Origin: Bacteroidaceae bacterium | GTDB taxonomy: Bacteria; Bacteroidota; Bacteroidia; Bacteroidales; Bacteroidaceae | Direction of reading: 5' to 3' | Assembly: GCA_017455585.1 (NCBI GenBank) | Contig: JAFSZU010000028.1 | Coordinates: 3,220 to 67,219, forward strand | Length of the DNA stretch: 64,000 nt | In this document: piece after piece, positions 21,711 to 29,845 of the stretch | How positions within the stretch are numbered: position 1 is the first letter of the stretch | How the letters are laid out: the number at the start of each line of letters is the position of its first letter | The notes under the pieces: generated by a model | Databases searched by the model: none | The model's input: only the letters and a program-made list of their open reading frames with translations | What the model was told of the DNA's origin: nothing | Translations under genes and position numbers: made by a program

Positions 21711-23095
21711 GATTTATTATTTGCTTTCTGTTGTGCATCTCTGTTTCCGCTTGGACGCAGGAAACGGAGGTGGATGCCTCACGTCTGCTGCAGCAGGTGT
21801 TGACGGAGGAACTGGGCACGCGCTTCAGCAGCAACAACAGCGTGGTGCTGCTCTACACAGGACAGGACAAGTTTGATGCCATGTTCAATGCCATCCGTCA
21901 GGCCAGGCACTATGTTCATCTCGAATACTTTAACTTTCGCAACGACAGCATCGGCCTCGCGCTCTTTGACCTCCTGGGGCAGAAAGCCGCAGAGGGCGTG
22001 GAGGTGCGGGCCATGTTCGACAGCTTTGGCAACAGCAGCAATGATTCACCCCTGCTGAACCGTCACCTCAAGGCCATCAGGGCCACAGGCGTGCATGTCG
22101 AGGAGTTCGACCCCATCAAGTTCCCCTGGATCAATCACGCCTATCACCGTGACCACCGCAAGATTGTGGTCATCGACGGTGCCGTGGCCTATACTGGCGG
22201 CATGAATGTGGCCGACTACTACATCCACGGGCGACCCGAATACGGTGAGTGGCGCGATATGCACATGGAACTCACGGGGGATGTCGTGGCCGAGTATGAA
22301 CGCCTCTTCGCCCGCATGTGGTGGGAACAGACCGGCGAAATTCTCCTCAATGAGATCTATGCACCATCCCCTTCAGAAGCCGTAACGCCCCCCCTTGCAC
22401 CTCCTTCACCCTCCGTCGCTTCCTCCCCGGCTGCTCCTTTGTCTTCGTTGGTGCCCGTCGGTTTCCCCGACGGGAATCTCCCTTCCCTTGCCCGTTCCTC
22501 TTCCGCCTTCACCCTGCTGCCAGACACCACCCCCACAGCCGGCAGCAAGACCATCGGCGTGGTGGAACGCGGCCCCCACGACCATGCCAAAGACATGCGC
22601 AAGGCCTATGTGGCCGCCATCGATGCCGCCCAGCATCATATCCAGATTGTCAACCCCTATCCCACCAATGTCAAGAGCGTGCGACGCGCCTTGCGCCGTG
22701 CCCTCAAACGTGGTGTGCGCCTGGAAATCATGGTCTCTGCCAAGAGCGATGTGCCCGTCACCCCCGACGTCGTGGCTCTGGAGATGAAGAAACTGGCCAA
22801 GCGCGGTGCCGAAGTCTATTATAACCAGACCGGCTTCCACCACTCCAAGGTGATGATGGTGGATGGCAGCTACTGCACCGTGGGCAGCACCAATCTGGAT
22901 GCGCGCAGCTTCTGCTTCGACTATGAGGTCAACAGCTTTATCTTCGATGCCGCCACCACGCATCAGTTGCAGCACATTTTTGAACAGGACAAGCAGAACT
23001 GCACCACCTTCACGGTCGAGGACTACCGCCGCACGCAGAACTTCGGCCACCGCCTCACAGGCCACTTCTTCAGCCTCTTCCGCGGCTTCTTCTAA
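21704..23095 (+). CDS. cls: cardiolipin synthase / phospholipase D family protein
   Basis: Two HKD motifs (HRDHRKIVVIDG and HHSKVMMVDGSYCTVGSTNLD). There is an apparent TTG start and no in-frame ATG near the N-terminal hydrophobic segment. Confidence 0.8.
   Translation: MKGFIICFLLCISVSAWTQETEVDASRLLQQVLTEELGTRFSSNNSVVLLYTGQDKFDAMFNAIRQARHYVHLEYFNFRNDSIGLALFDLLGQKAAEGVEVRAMFDSFGNSSNDSPLLNRHLKAIRATGVHVEEFDPIKFPWINHAYHRDHRKIVVIDGAVAYTGGMNVADYYIHGRPEYGEWRDMHMELTGDVVAEYERLFARMWWEQTGEILLNEIYAPSPSEAVTPPLAPPSPSVASSPAAPLSSLVPVGFPDGNLPSLARSSSAFTLLPDTTPTAGSKTIGVVERGPHDHAKDMRKAYVAAIDAAQHHIQIVNPYPTNVKSVRRALRRALKRGVRLEIMVSAKSDVPVTPDVVALEMKKLAKRGAEVYYNQTGFHHSKVMMVDGSYCTVGSTNLDARSFCFDYEVNSFIFDAATTHQLQHIFEQDKQNCTTFTVEDYRRTQNFGHRLTGHFFSLFRGFF
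22451..22477. repeat. CGG hairpin type 2 (inverted orientation) in cls CDS
   Basis: GTGCCCGTCGGTTTCCCCGACGGGAAT. Confidence 0.55.
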
Positions 23096-23175
23096 ATTCT
23101 TTTTGTCTGCGCTCTGCACGATGCAAGTATTGTCAATCTATTAGGGCACACGTCTTTTCAGATGCCATTGGCAAA

Positions 23176-23285
23176 ACGTCCGCACGAAAGCATTATCACG
23201 TGCGGACGTATAAGCAAAAACGTGCGCACGAAAAGGCAGGAACGTGCGCACGATATTTTCATCACGGGTGCACTACCCGTTTTCA
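23176..23285. repeat. 22-bp phased tandem array (5 units) abutting stop codon of porin-like gene
   Basis: ACGTSCGNACG cores start at 23176, 23198, 23220, 23242 and 23264, an exact 22-bp spacing. Confidence 0.8.
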
Positions 23286-23288
23286 TGT

Positions 23289-25529
23289 TCAATTGTAGAA
23301 GTTCCAGGAGATGCCGAGGTGGATGGCGGTGGGGTCGATGGGGTAGTGGGGCGCCCAGAAGGCCCGGCCTGTAGATTGGTTGGCATGTTGATAATTAAGG
23401 TACATGCGCACGCGCTTGATGGCCAGGTTGACGTAGGCGTTGATAATGGGGTAGTTGCCTATCTTGATGCGTTCCTGCGAGGCATCCTGCACGGAAAACT
23501 GTCCGAGGAAGGGTGCATAGTCGGGAGCGTAGTAGCTGGTGAAGTAACGCATGTCTGCTCCGAGTTCCACGCGCAGCACCTTGGCCACATGGAAGAGCAG
23601 GTAGGCATTGGAGTAGAGCGAGATGACGGGCAGTGGCAGGGCATCGGCGTTGGAGGTGTGCTGCCATGTGACCTCGTTGTCGAGGTGAAAGATGCCGGCT
23701 GCGAGGTCTTGGCGCAGGGTGGCACTCATGACCTGCACGCTGCTGGTCTGGCGCACGGTGACATCGTGGCTGTAGGAGCTGATGGTGGTGCCGTCGGTGG
23801 CGTAGTTGGGGGTGAGGACGTTGGCGAAGTGTGTGTAGTCTGTGATGTTCTCGACGCCGAAACGGAAGGTGGTGTGTGTGCGGTCGATGGTGAAGAGTCC
23901 TTCGATGCGGGTGCGGGTCTCGTTGTTGAGGTTGTTGTCCCAGTAATGAGCGGCGCTGTGGAAATGCTGGAAATAGAAGGCCGGTTCGACGTTCTTGAAG
24001 TAGGCGTTGGCGGCCAGGTGCACGGTGTCCTTGAAGAGGCGGAAGTTGAGGTCGGCGGTGCCGTGGAGGTCCAGGTTCCCCACTTTCTGGCCGATGACCC
24101 AGAACTCCGCACCGGCACGGTAGTGGACGGTGCGCCCTTGTGTCTTGGAGATTTCTCCGCCCACGCTGATGTTGTTCTCGGTATATTTCTCAAAGACATC
24201 GAGTGTGTCGGAGGTGAGTGGGGAGGGCAGTGTGAAGCGTTCTGCCTGATGAGTGGCAAAGAGGGTGACACCTGCCTTGGCCCAACGGTTGAAGCCCTCG
24301 CGCAACTGCAGACCGAGGGTGTTGCGTAGGTTGCTGGCGATGGTCTGGTCTGTGAAAGCGTTGTAGGAGGAACGCAGGTAGGGGTCGTGAGAGAAATAGG
24401 TGGAGGGTATGCCGCCTGACTTCACAATATTGTCATGCGTCAGCTGTTTGAAGTCGATGGTGTGGATGATGCTGGTGACGGGGATGAACTCCTGGGGCGT
24501 GATCTGCTCCGACTGCCATTGCTGGCGCAGACTGTCGAGGGCTGTGGCGAGGCGGAGGGTGTCGGCTTTGATGACATCGCGGATGCTGTCCGACTTGATG
24601 CGCTGGAGCAGTTCCTGGTCCTTCGGCATCTGCGGTTTCAGGCTGTCCGGGACTTCAAGATCGCGGTTGAATCCGATATGATAGCGGTGAGTGAGAAAAT
24701 ACTCCTGCTGGTCATTACGGTTCCATACGGAGGAGAGGACTGTGGGGATGTCACGGCTATTCACGCTCCGCGGAAAGCTCTCGGGGTCAGTGATATAGAG
24801 GTCGCTCTCGATGCCGCCGTTCTCATACATCTTGGAATGGTCCCAAGAAGCGTAGGCGTGCATCTCATAGCGCTCACCGCGGTGATAGCCGAAGAGCGTT
24901 CCGCCGAACTGTGCATTGGACTGATTGTTGTAGTAGCCGCGGCCGTAGAGGTAATCGAGCTTGAAGCCGATGCCCGACTCCTTGTTGATGTTGGAGGCGA
25001 AGTAGGCCAGCACACGATCCTGCCCGTTCTCGCGCGACCCACATTCGTGGTACTGCAACTGTGTGAGCGGGCTTTTGCAATTGGAGAAAAGGAGATTGCC
25101 GGGGGTGGTGTGGAAGTAATCGTAGGGCTGGAAGAACATGATGTCATCCGTCATCTCGCGATCCAGGAAGTTGCGGTGGAGGCGCGGTGAACCCAGATTG
25201 CCCAGAATATTGTACTCTCCGCGGAAGCCCTCGGTGGCATTGAAGTTCTGGAAGAGGTGGGGCAGGGTGTCGTTGAGGGCCTCGGGCTGCACGGTGCCCA
25301 GCCGCTCGTCGATATGCCACTGGAAGTAGTCGGTGGGGATGACTTTATCGACCTTGGAGGTGTCGCGGCCCCATGTGCTGCGCTTCTGGCCGGAAGGGTC
25401 TGTGGAGCTGTCATCGCCGTTGGTGCCAAAGGTGCCGCCCTGTCCAAAAGTGCTGAAAGGGTCTTGTGCCAAAGCCGGGAGGCTGATGGCAAAGAGGAGC
25501 AGGATGGAAAGGAGAGAGAGATGGCGCAT
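23289..25529 (-). CDS. outer-membrane protein, putative-porin-like beta-barrel
   Basis: 746 aa. Signal peptide MRHLSLLSILLLFAISLPALAQ. Aromatic C-terminal residue (..ISWNFYN). The alternating beta-strand character resembles the Bacteroidota putative-porin family. The family call was made by eye only. Confidence 0.5.
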   Translation of the reverse strand: MRHLSLLSILLLFAISLPALAQDPFSTFGQGGTFGTNGDDSSTDPSGQKRSTWGRDTSKVDKVIPTDYFQWHIDERLGTVQPEALNDTLPHLFQNFNATEGFRGEYNILGNLGSPRLHRNFLDREMTDDIMFFQPYDYFHTTPGNLLFSNCKSPLTQLQYHECGSRENGQDRVLAYFASNINKESGIGFKLDYLYGRGYYNNQSNAQFGGTLFGYHRGERYEMHAYASWDHSKMYENGGIESDLYITDPESFPRSVNSRDIPTVLSSVWNRNDQQEYFLTHRYHIGFNRDLEVPDSLKPQMPKDQELLQRIKSDSIRDVIKADTLRLATALDSLRQQWQSEQITPQEFIPVTSIIHTIDFKQLTHDNIVKSGGIPSTYFSHDPYLRSSYNAFTDQTIASNLRNTLGLQLREGFNRWAKAGVTLFATHQAERFTLPSPLTSDTLDVFEKYTENNISVGGEISKTQGRTVHYRAGAEFWVIGQKVGNLDLHGTADLNFRLFKDTVHLAANAYFKNVEPAFYFQHFHSAAHYWDNNLNNETRTRIEGLFTIDRTHTTFRFGVENITDYTHFANVLTPNYATDGTTISSYSHDVTVRQTSSVQVMSATLRQDLAAGIFHLDNEVTWQHTSNADALPLPVISLYSNAYLLFHVAKVLRVELGADMRYFTSYYAPDYAPFLGQFSVQDASQERIKIGNYPIINAYVNLAIKRVRMYLNYQHANQSTGRAFWAPHYPIDPTAIHLGISWNFYN

Positions 25530-25542
25530 AGAGAGCGAGGAT

Positions 25543-25571
25543 GGCCGCGCGAATACGCGCTACACCCGACC
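25543..25571. repeat. CGCG hairpin box, 5' of porin-like gene
   Basis: GGCCGCGCGAATACGCGCTACACCCGACC. Confidence 0.6.
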
Positions 25572-25645
25572 AGAAGTTTACTGAAGGGTTGTGCAACAGA
25601 GGTTATTGAGGGTCGCCAGAGGGAGAGGTCGCGAAGGTGGTTTCC

Positions 25646-26188
25646 TCACTTTCTTGTGATGATTTCCATGCCGCGGCGGAGGGCTTCCTCGTTGGCGGGA
25701 ATGAGGTGGTGATGGCGCTCGGGGAGGGTCTTGCGGAGGGCGGCAAGGACATCGTCGATATTGACGAGGCCGCGAATCTTCAAGAGACCACCGAGGACAA
25801 TCATGTTGAATCCCTTGGGGTTGCCCATCTCTGCGGCAGCGTCCATGGCATCGATTTCATAGATGTTGATGTCTGTGCGCTTGGGTGGCTCGCTGATGCC
25901 ATAGCCGTCGTAGATGAGGGTGCCGCCGGGCTTGATTTGCGGCTCAAAGCGCTCCAAGGAGGGCTGGTTGAGGATGACGGCAGTGTCGAACTGGCTGACG
26001 ATGGGCGATGAGATGCGCTCGTCGGAGATGATGACGGTGACGTTGGCGGTGCCGCCGCGCTGTTCGGGACCGTAGGCGGGCATCCAGGAGACCTCCTTGC
26101 CCTCGACGAGGGCGGAGTAGGCCAGAATCTTGCCCATGGAGAGGACACCTTGTCCTCCAAAACCGGATATGATGATTTCTTCTGTCAT
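25646..26188 (-). CDS. korC: 2-oxoacid:ferredoxin oxidoreductase, gamma subunit
   Basis: IIISGFGGQGVLSMGKILAYSALVEGKEVSWMPAYGPEQRGGTANVTVIIS is the typical gamma subunit. Confidence 0.85.
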   Translation of the reverse strand: MTEEIIISGFGGQGVLSMGKILAYSALVEGKEVSWMPAYGPEQRGGTANVTVIISDERISSPIVSQFDTAVILNQPSLERFEPQIKPGGTLIYDGYGISEPPKRTDINIYEIDAMDAAAEMGNPKGFNMIVLGGLLKIRGLVNIDDVLAALRKTLPERHHHLIPANEEALRRGMEIITRK

Positions 26189-26949
26189 TGTTCTGTTGTG
26201 TTTTTGAGGTCGCCAATGTGGTAGTAATCAAACATGTGCTCTTCCATCCAGGCATTGGCCTCGATGGGTGTCTTCTTCCAGCCGGAGGAACAGGTGGAGA
26301 CAATCTCCACGAGGCTGGAACCGCGACGGTTGACACTGTTCTCGAAGGCTTGACGGATGGCGCGCTTGGCCTTGCGGATGGCGGCCACGCTGTGCACGCT
26401 CTGACGGGTGACATAGCATGTGCCTTCCAACTGTGCTGCCAGTTCTGTGATTTTCAGGGGATATCCGTGCAGGTCTGCCTGGCGACCGTAGGGGCAGGTG
26501 GCTGTCTTCATGCCCATGAGCGTGGTGGGAGCCATCTGTCCGCCTGTCATGCCGTAGATGGCATTGTTGATGAATATGATGGCGATGTTCTCGCCGCGGT
26601 TGAGGGCATGGATGGTCTCTGCGGTGCCGATACAGGCCAGATCGCCGTCGCCCTGATAGGTGAAGACGAGATGCTCTGGCCAGAGGCGCTTGATGGCAGA
26701 GGCGATGGCGGGCGCGCGTCCGTGGGCAGCTTCCTGCCAGTCGATGTCGATATACTTGTAGGCAAAGACGGCACAGCCTACGGGTGAGACACCTACGGCT
26801 TTCTCCGTGATGCCCATCTCCTCGATGACCTCGGCGATGAGCTTGTGGACCACGCCGTGGGAGCAGCCGGGGCAGTAGTGCATGTGTTCGTCATTGAGGA
26901 GCGCGGGCTTCTGATAGACGATATTCTCTGGTGAGATGATATTTTCCAT
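26185..26949 (-). CDS. korB: 2-oxoglutarate:ferredoxin oxidoreductase, beta (TPP-binding) subunit
   Basis: Re-started at ATG 26949 (MENIISPENIVYQKP..HYCPGCSHG..GDGD..). The track start at 26967 is a TTG inside the TTGTCAAC repeat array. Confidence 0.85.
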   Translation of the reverse strand: MENIISPENIVYQKPALLNDEHMHYCPGCSHGVVHKLIAEVIEEMGITEKAVGVSPVGCAVFAYKYIDIDWQEAAHGRAPAIASAIKRLWPEHLVFTYQGDGDLACIGTAETIHALNRGENIAIIFINNAIYGMTGGQMAPTTLMGMKTATCPYGRQADLHGYPLKITELAAQLEGTCYVTRQSVHSVAAIRKAKRAIRQAFENSVNRRGSSLVEIVSTCSSGWKKTPIEANAWMEEHMFDYYHIGDLKNTTEQ

Positions 26950-26960
26950 AATCTTAATAC

Positions 26961-27057
26961 TTGTCAACTTGTCAACTTGTCAACTTGTCAACTTGTCAAC
27001 TTGTTAACTTGTCAACTTGTCAACTCGTTAACTTGTCAACTGGTTAACTTGTCAACT
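26961..27057. repeat. perfect/near-perfect 8-bp tandem array TTGTCAAC x12 inside kor operon
   Basis: ttgtcaac repeated about 12 times with a few point variants (ttgttaac, tcgttaac, tggttaac). It lies 11 bp upstream of the korB ATG. Confidence 0.9.
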
Positions 27058-27059
27058 AT

Positions 27060-27233
27060 TTAAAACATAAAGCGGACGAAGAACTCCACCACCTTGACAA
27101 CCATGCCGATGCCAATGACAATCAGCCCAATGATGTGGTGGGCTGGGATGGCAAAGTAGAGCACCATGCCGATGATGGCGAGGAGCAGGAAGATGGTGTT
27201 GAGGGTGTTGCGGAGTTCGTCGCGGTTCTGCAT
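27060..27233 (-). CDS. small hydrophobic protein (57 aa) embedded in kor operon
   Basis: Hand-translated: MQNRDELRNTLNTIFLLLAIIGMVLYFAIPAHHIIGLIVIGIGMVVKVVEFFVRFMF*. Two predicted TM helices. It is below the track's 60-aa cut-off and fills the korA-korB gap. Confidence 0.35.
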   Translation of the reverse strand: MQNRDELRNTLNTIFLLLAIIGMVLYFAIPAHHIIGLIVIGIGMVVKVVEFFVRFMF

Positions 27234-27252
27234 TGTGTGGAGAGAGAGGTAT

Positions 27253-27292
27253 TATAGAAGCTATAGAAGCTATAGAAAAGATAGATTCTATA
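27253..27292. repeat. 9-10-bp tandem repeat (CTATAGAAG) at korA stop
   Basis: tatagaagctatagaagctatagaaaagatagattctata. Confidence 0.7.
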
Positions 27293-28388
27293 AGGTGATA
27301 CTGAAGTGGTTCTTGAGGGTGGCGATGACCTCGTCTGGGGTGGGCACGATTCCGCCCATCTTGCCATAGTGGGTGACGGGTGTACGGCCCTCGACGGCGA
27401 GGCGGACATCCTCTACCATCTGTCCGGCATTGATCTCGAAGGTGAGGATGCCACGTACCTTCTGGGAGAGTTCGCGGATGCGGTCGTAGGGGAAGGGCCA
27501 GAGCGTGATGGGACGCAGCAAGCCCACGCGGATGCCCTCGGCACGGAGGTCGCTGATGGCCTTCTGCGCGATGCGTGCAGCAGAGCCGAAGGCCACGATG
27601 AGGTAGTCGGCATCCTCGGTCTGCAGTTCCTCATAGCGCACCTCGTTCTTGCGGATCTCGGCGTACTTGGCCTGCAGGTGGAGGTTGTGCTGCTCCATGG
27701 CCTCGGGACGGAGTTCCAGGGAGGTGATGACGTTGATGGGTCGCATACCCTTCCGTCCGGTGCTGGCCCAGGGGCACTGGGCAATGACTTCCTCGTCGGT
27801 GCGACGGGGTTTGAAGGGAGGCAGCGTGACTTTCTCCATGACTTGCCCGATGACACCATCGGAGAGAATCATGGCGGGAATGCGGTACTTGAAGGCCAGC
27901 TCGAAGCTGAGATCCACGAAGTCGGCCATCTCCTGCACGGTGGAAGGGGCCAGCACGATGATGTAATAGTCGCCGTTGCCGCCGCCACGGGTGGCCTGGA
28001 AGTAGTCGCCCTGTGAGGGCTGGATGGTGCCCAGGCCGGGGCCGCCGCGCTGCACGTTGACGATGAGACCGGGAATCTCTGCGCCTGCCATGTAGGCGAT
28101 GCCCTCTTGCATGAGAGCCACGCCGGGGCTGGAGCTGGAGGTCATGACGCGCTTGCCGGCGCCGCCGCCGCCATAGAGCATGTTGATGCTGGCGACTTCG
28201 CTTTCTGCCTGGAGGACGACCATGCCGGTGGTCTCCCAGGGTTTCTGGGCGGCGAGGGTCTCGAGGATTTCACTCTGTGGAGTGATGGGATAACCAAAAT
28301 AGCCATCGCACCCGCAGCGGATAGCTGCATGGGCGATGGCCTCGTTACCCTTCATCAGTAGTATATCGTTGTTTGCCATAATGGGCAC
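27288..28388 (-). CDS. korA: 2-oxoglutarate:ferredoxin oxidoreductase, alpha subunit
   Basis: LMKGNEAIAHAAIRCGCDGYFGYPITPQSEI... is typical of the alpha subunit. Operon context with korB/korC and a ferredoxin gene. Confidence 0.85.
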   Translation of the reverse strand: MPIMANNDILLMKGNEAIAHAAIRCGCDGYFGYPITPQSEILETLAAQKPWETTGMVVLQAESEVASINMLYGGGGAGKRVMTSSSSPGVALMQEGIAYMAGAEIPGLIVNVQRGGPGLGTIQPSQGDYFQATRGGGNGDYYIIVLAPSTVQEMADFVDLSFELAFKYRIPAMILSDGVIGQVMEKVTLPPFKPRRTDEEVIAQCPWASTGRKGMRPINVITSLELRPEAMEQHNLHLQAKYAEIRKNEVRYEELQTEDADYLIVAFGSAARIAQKAISDLRAEGIRVGLLRPITLWPFPYDRIRELSQKVRGILTFEINAGQMVEDVRLAVEGRTPVTHYGKMGGIVPTPDEVIATLKNHFSITL

Positions 28389-28421
28389 GGCTGTTAGCCG
28401 TAGTTTAGAGTTTACTCAATT

Positions 28422-28655
28422 TTAATTCTCAATTTTCTTGCGATAGACGGTGATGCAGCCGTCTGGACAGACGATGGCACAGGATGTGCATCCAGTGCAT
28501 GCGTCTTGGTTTGTTTGCTCGACATAGCGGTATCCTCTGCGGTTGACCATCTTGTCTGCGAGCTGGATGATGTTGAGCGGACACGCGACGACACAGAGCG
28601 AACAACCTTTGCAGCGTTCTGTGTTGACGATGATGGCTCCTTTCATTTTTGCCAT
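28422..28655 (-). CDS. 4Fe-4S dicluster ferredoxin-type subunit
   Basis: Two CxxCxxCxxxCP motifs (CKGCSLCVVACP and CTGCTSCAIVCP). Confidence 0.8.
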   Translation of the reverse strand: MAKMKGAIIVNTERCKGCSLCVVACPLNIIQLADKMVNRRGYRYVEQTNQDACTGCTSCAIVCPDGCITVYRKKIEN

Positions 28656-28711
28656 AAGCGGTGTGTTTTTGTGTGTATGGGCTGCAACGTGTTGCAGCGT
28701 AGGGGGAAACT

Positions 28712-28933
28712 TTATGGGTTGTAATATTCTTTGCAGCGGTAGTCCATGATTTGCTGCAGCATCTCGCGTGCGTGTACGGCCGGTGAGGCAGGATCGAGCG
28801 CAGCGGCCTGGTCGTATGCATTAAGAGCAAGGCTCCACTGCTGCCGTTTGCGGTGCTGGTTGCCCTGCTCATAGAGTGCTGCTGCCTGTTGTGCAGATGA
28901 TGTGGTTGACTCCTGTATGGTGTCTGTGTTCAT
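28712..28933 (-). CDS. small TPR-like protein heading the kor operon
   Basis: 73-aa ORF with one TPR-like unit (AAALYEQGNQHRKRQQWSLALNAYDQAAALDP). A TACCTTTG box lies 23 nt upstream. Confidence 0.45.
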   Translation of the reverse strand: MNTDTIQESTTSSAQQAAALYEQGNQHRKRQQWSLALNAYDQAAALDPASPAVHAREMLQQIMDYRCKEYYNP

Positions 28934-28955
28934 GGACGTTTGCTTTTTCGGGGTG

Positions 28956-28963
28956 CAAAGGTA
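28956..28963 (-). promoter_or_regulatory. Bacteroidota -7 box (TACCTTTG) for kor operon
   Basis: TAnnTTTG match 23 nt upstream of ATG 28933. Confidence 0.5.
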
Positions 28964-29032
28964 GTGAATATTGGTGAAATAATCCTCGAATCTGAGTAAA
29001 AAGTGTTTGGAGCCTCTTGTTTTTAAGGGTTT

Positions 29033-29070
29033 TTAGAGAAATACGCCACCTTCCAGACAGGAAGACGGCG
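29033..29070 (-). terminator. putative terminator after DUF4468 gene
   Basis: CGCCGTCTTCC-TGTCT-GGAAGGTGGCG followed by TATTTCTCT on the minus strand. Confidence 0.4.
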
Positions 29071-29101
29071 TATAATAACGGGAATCGGGCCCTCGGTTAG
29101 G

Positions 29102-29698
29102 TTACTGAACGAAGGTCGCCGACGAGGGTTTCTCGAAGGCAGCACGGGCTGCTGTGAAGATCTCTGCCACGCGGTCAATGGTCTTGCGGCGGAACTTGCC
29201 GCTGCGGGGATAGAGCTTGGTGCCAGCCTTGTTGATGGCTTCTTTGTCGCTGATCCATTCCTCGGCCTTGTAATGTTCACCGCCTTTGCCCTCGTTATCG
29301 AACTGATACTGATAGGTAATCTGGGTAATGGTGAGGGCCACTTTGCTGTCAGGGGTGCACTGTGCCGTGATGCGATAACGGAAGAAGCAGTGGTCCCAGT
29401 TGAGGAAGACTTTCTTGAAGGTCATGATTTCCTCGACCTTGGCCACGGTGGTGAAGTCCTCGTCGGAGACGAGGCGTGTGCGCAGGTCCTGGCGGCCGTC
29501 GGACACCAGTTGCTTGACGAAGGACTGCATGACGGGGTAAATGTCTGCCTGTGTCTTGCCGGGAACAGAGAAGGTCTGGGTGAAGATGATGATGCCGTTC
29601 TGCTCAGGGACGGCACCTGCGAGATACTTCTGGTCCTCTACCTTGGCACTGGCCAGGAGGGGGAGGGTGAGAAGGAGAGTGAAAAGGATTTTCTTCAT
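29102..29698 (-). CDS. DUF4468-like secreted protein
   Basis: Signal peptide MKKILFTLLLTLPLLASA. YLAGAVPEQNGIIIFTQTFSVPGK..ITQITYQY resembles the DUF4468 (TBP-like fold) family. Call made by eye. Confidence 0.55.
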   Translation of the reverse strand: MKKILFTLLLTLPLLASAKVEDQKYLAGAVPEQNGIIIFTQTFSVPGKTQADIYPVMQSFVKQLVSDGRQDLRTRLVSDEDFTTVAKVEEIMTFKKVFLNWDHCFFRYRITAQCTPDSKVALTITQITYQYQFDNEGKGGEHYKAEEWISDKEAINKAGTKLYPRSGKFRRKTIDRVAEIFTAARAAFEKPSSATFVQ

Positions 29699-29731
29699 TA
29701 TTTTAGAGGGATTGGTTGATGGCTGGGGAGT

Positions 29732-29760
29732 TTCCGCGCGAATACGCGCGACACCCGACC
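29732..29760. repeat. CGCG hairpin box, 5' of DUF4468 gene
   Basis: TTCCGCGCGAATACGCGCGACACCCGACC. It is followed by a GGTTGCGGAGAGAG x4 tandem at about 29778-29835. Confidence 0.6.
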
Positions 29761-29845
29761 GGGGGGATTAAAGGGGTGGTTGCGGAGAGAGGGCTACAGG
29801 GGAGAGGTTGCGGAGAGAGGTTGCGGAGAGAGGCTGCTGGTGAGG

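Noticed and set aside
23244-24329. 361-aa plus-strand ORF antisense to the porin-like gene.
   Set aside because: It is a shadow ORF with Gly/Val/Asp-rich composition. The minus-strand ORF has a signal peptide and beta-barrel character.
26961-27057. Possible CRISPR array (also considered for the 22-bp arrays at 23176, 45374 and 56759).
   Set aside because: The units are contiguous with no unique spacers, the unit lengths are 8 and 22 bp, and there are no cas genes. They are tandem repeats, not CRISPR.
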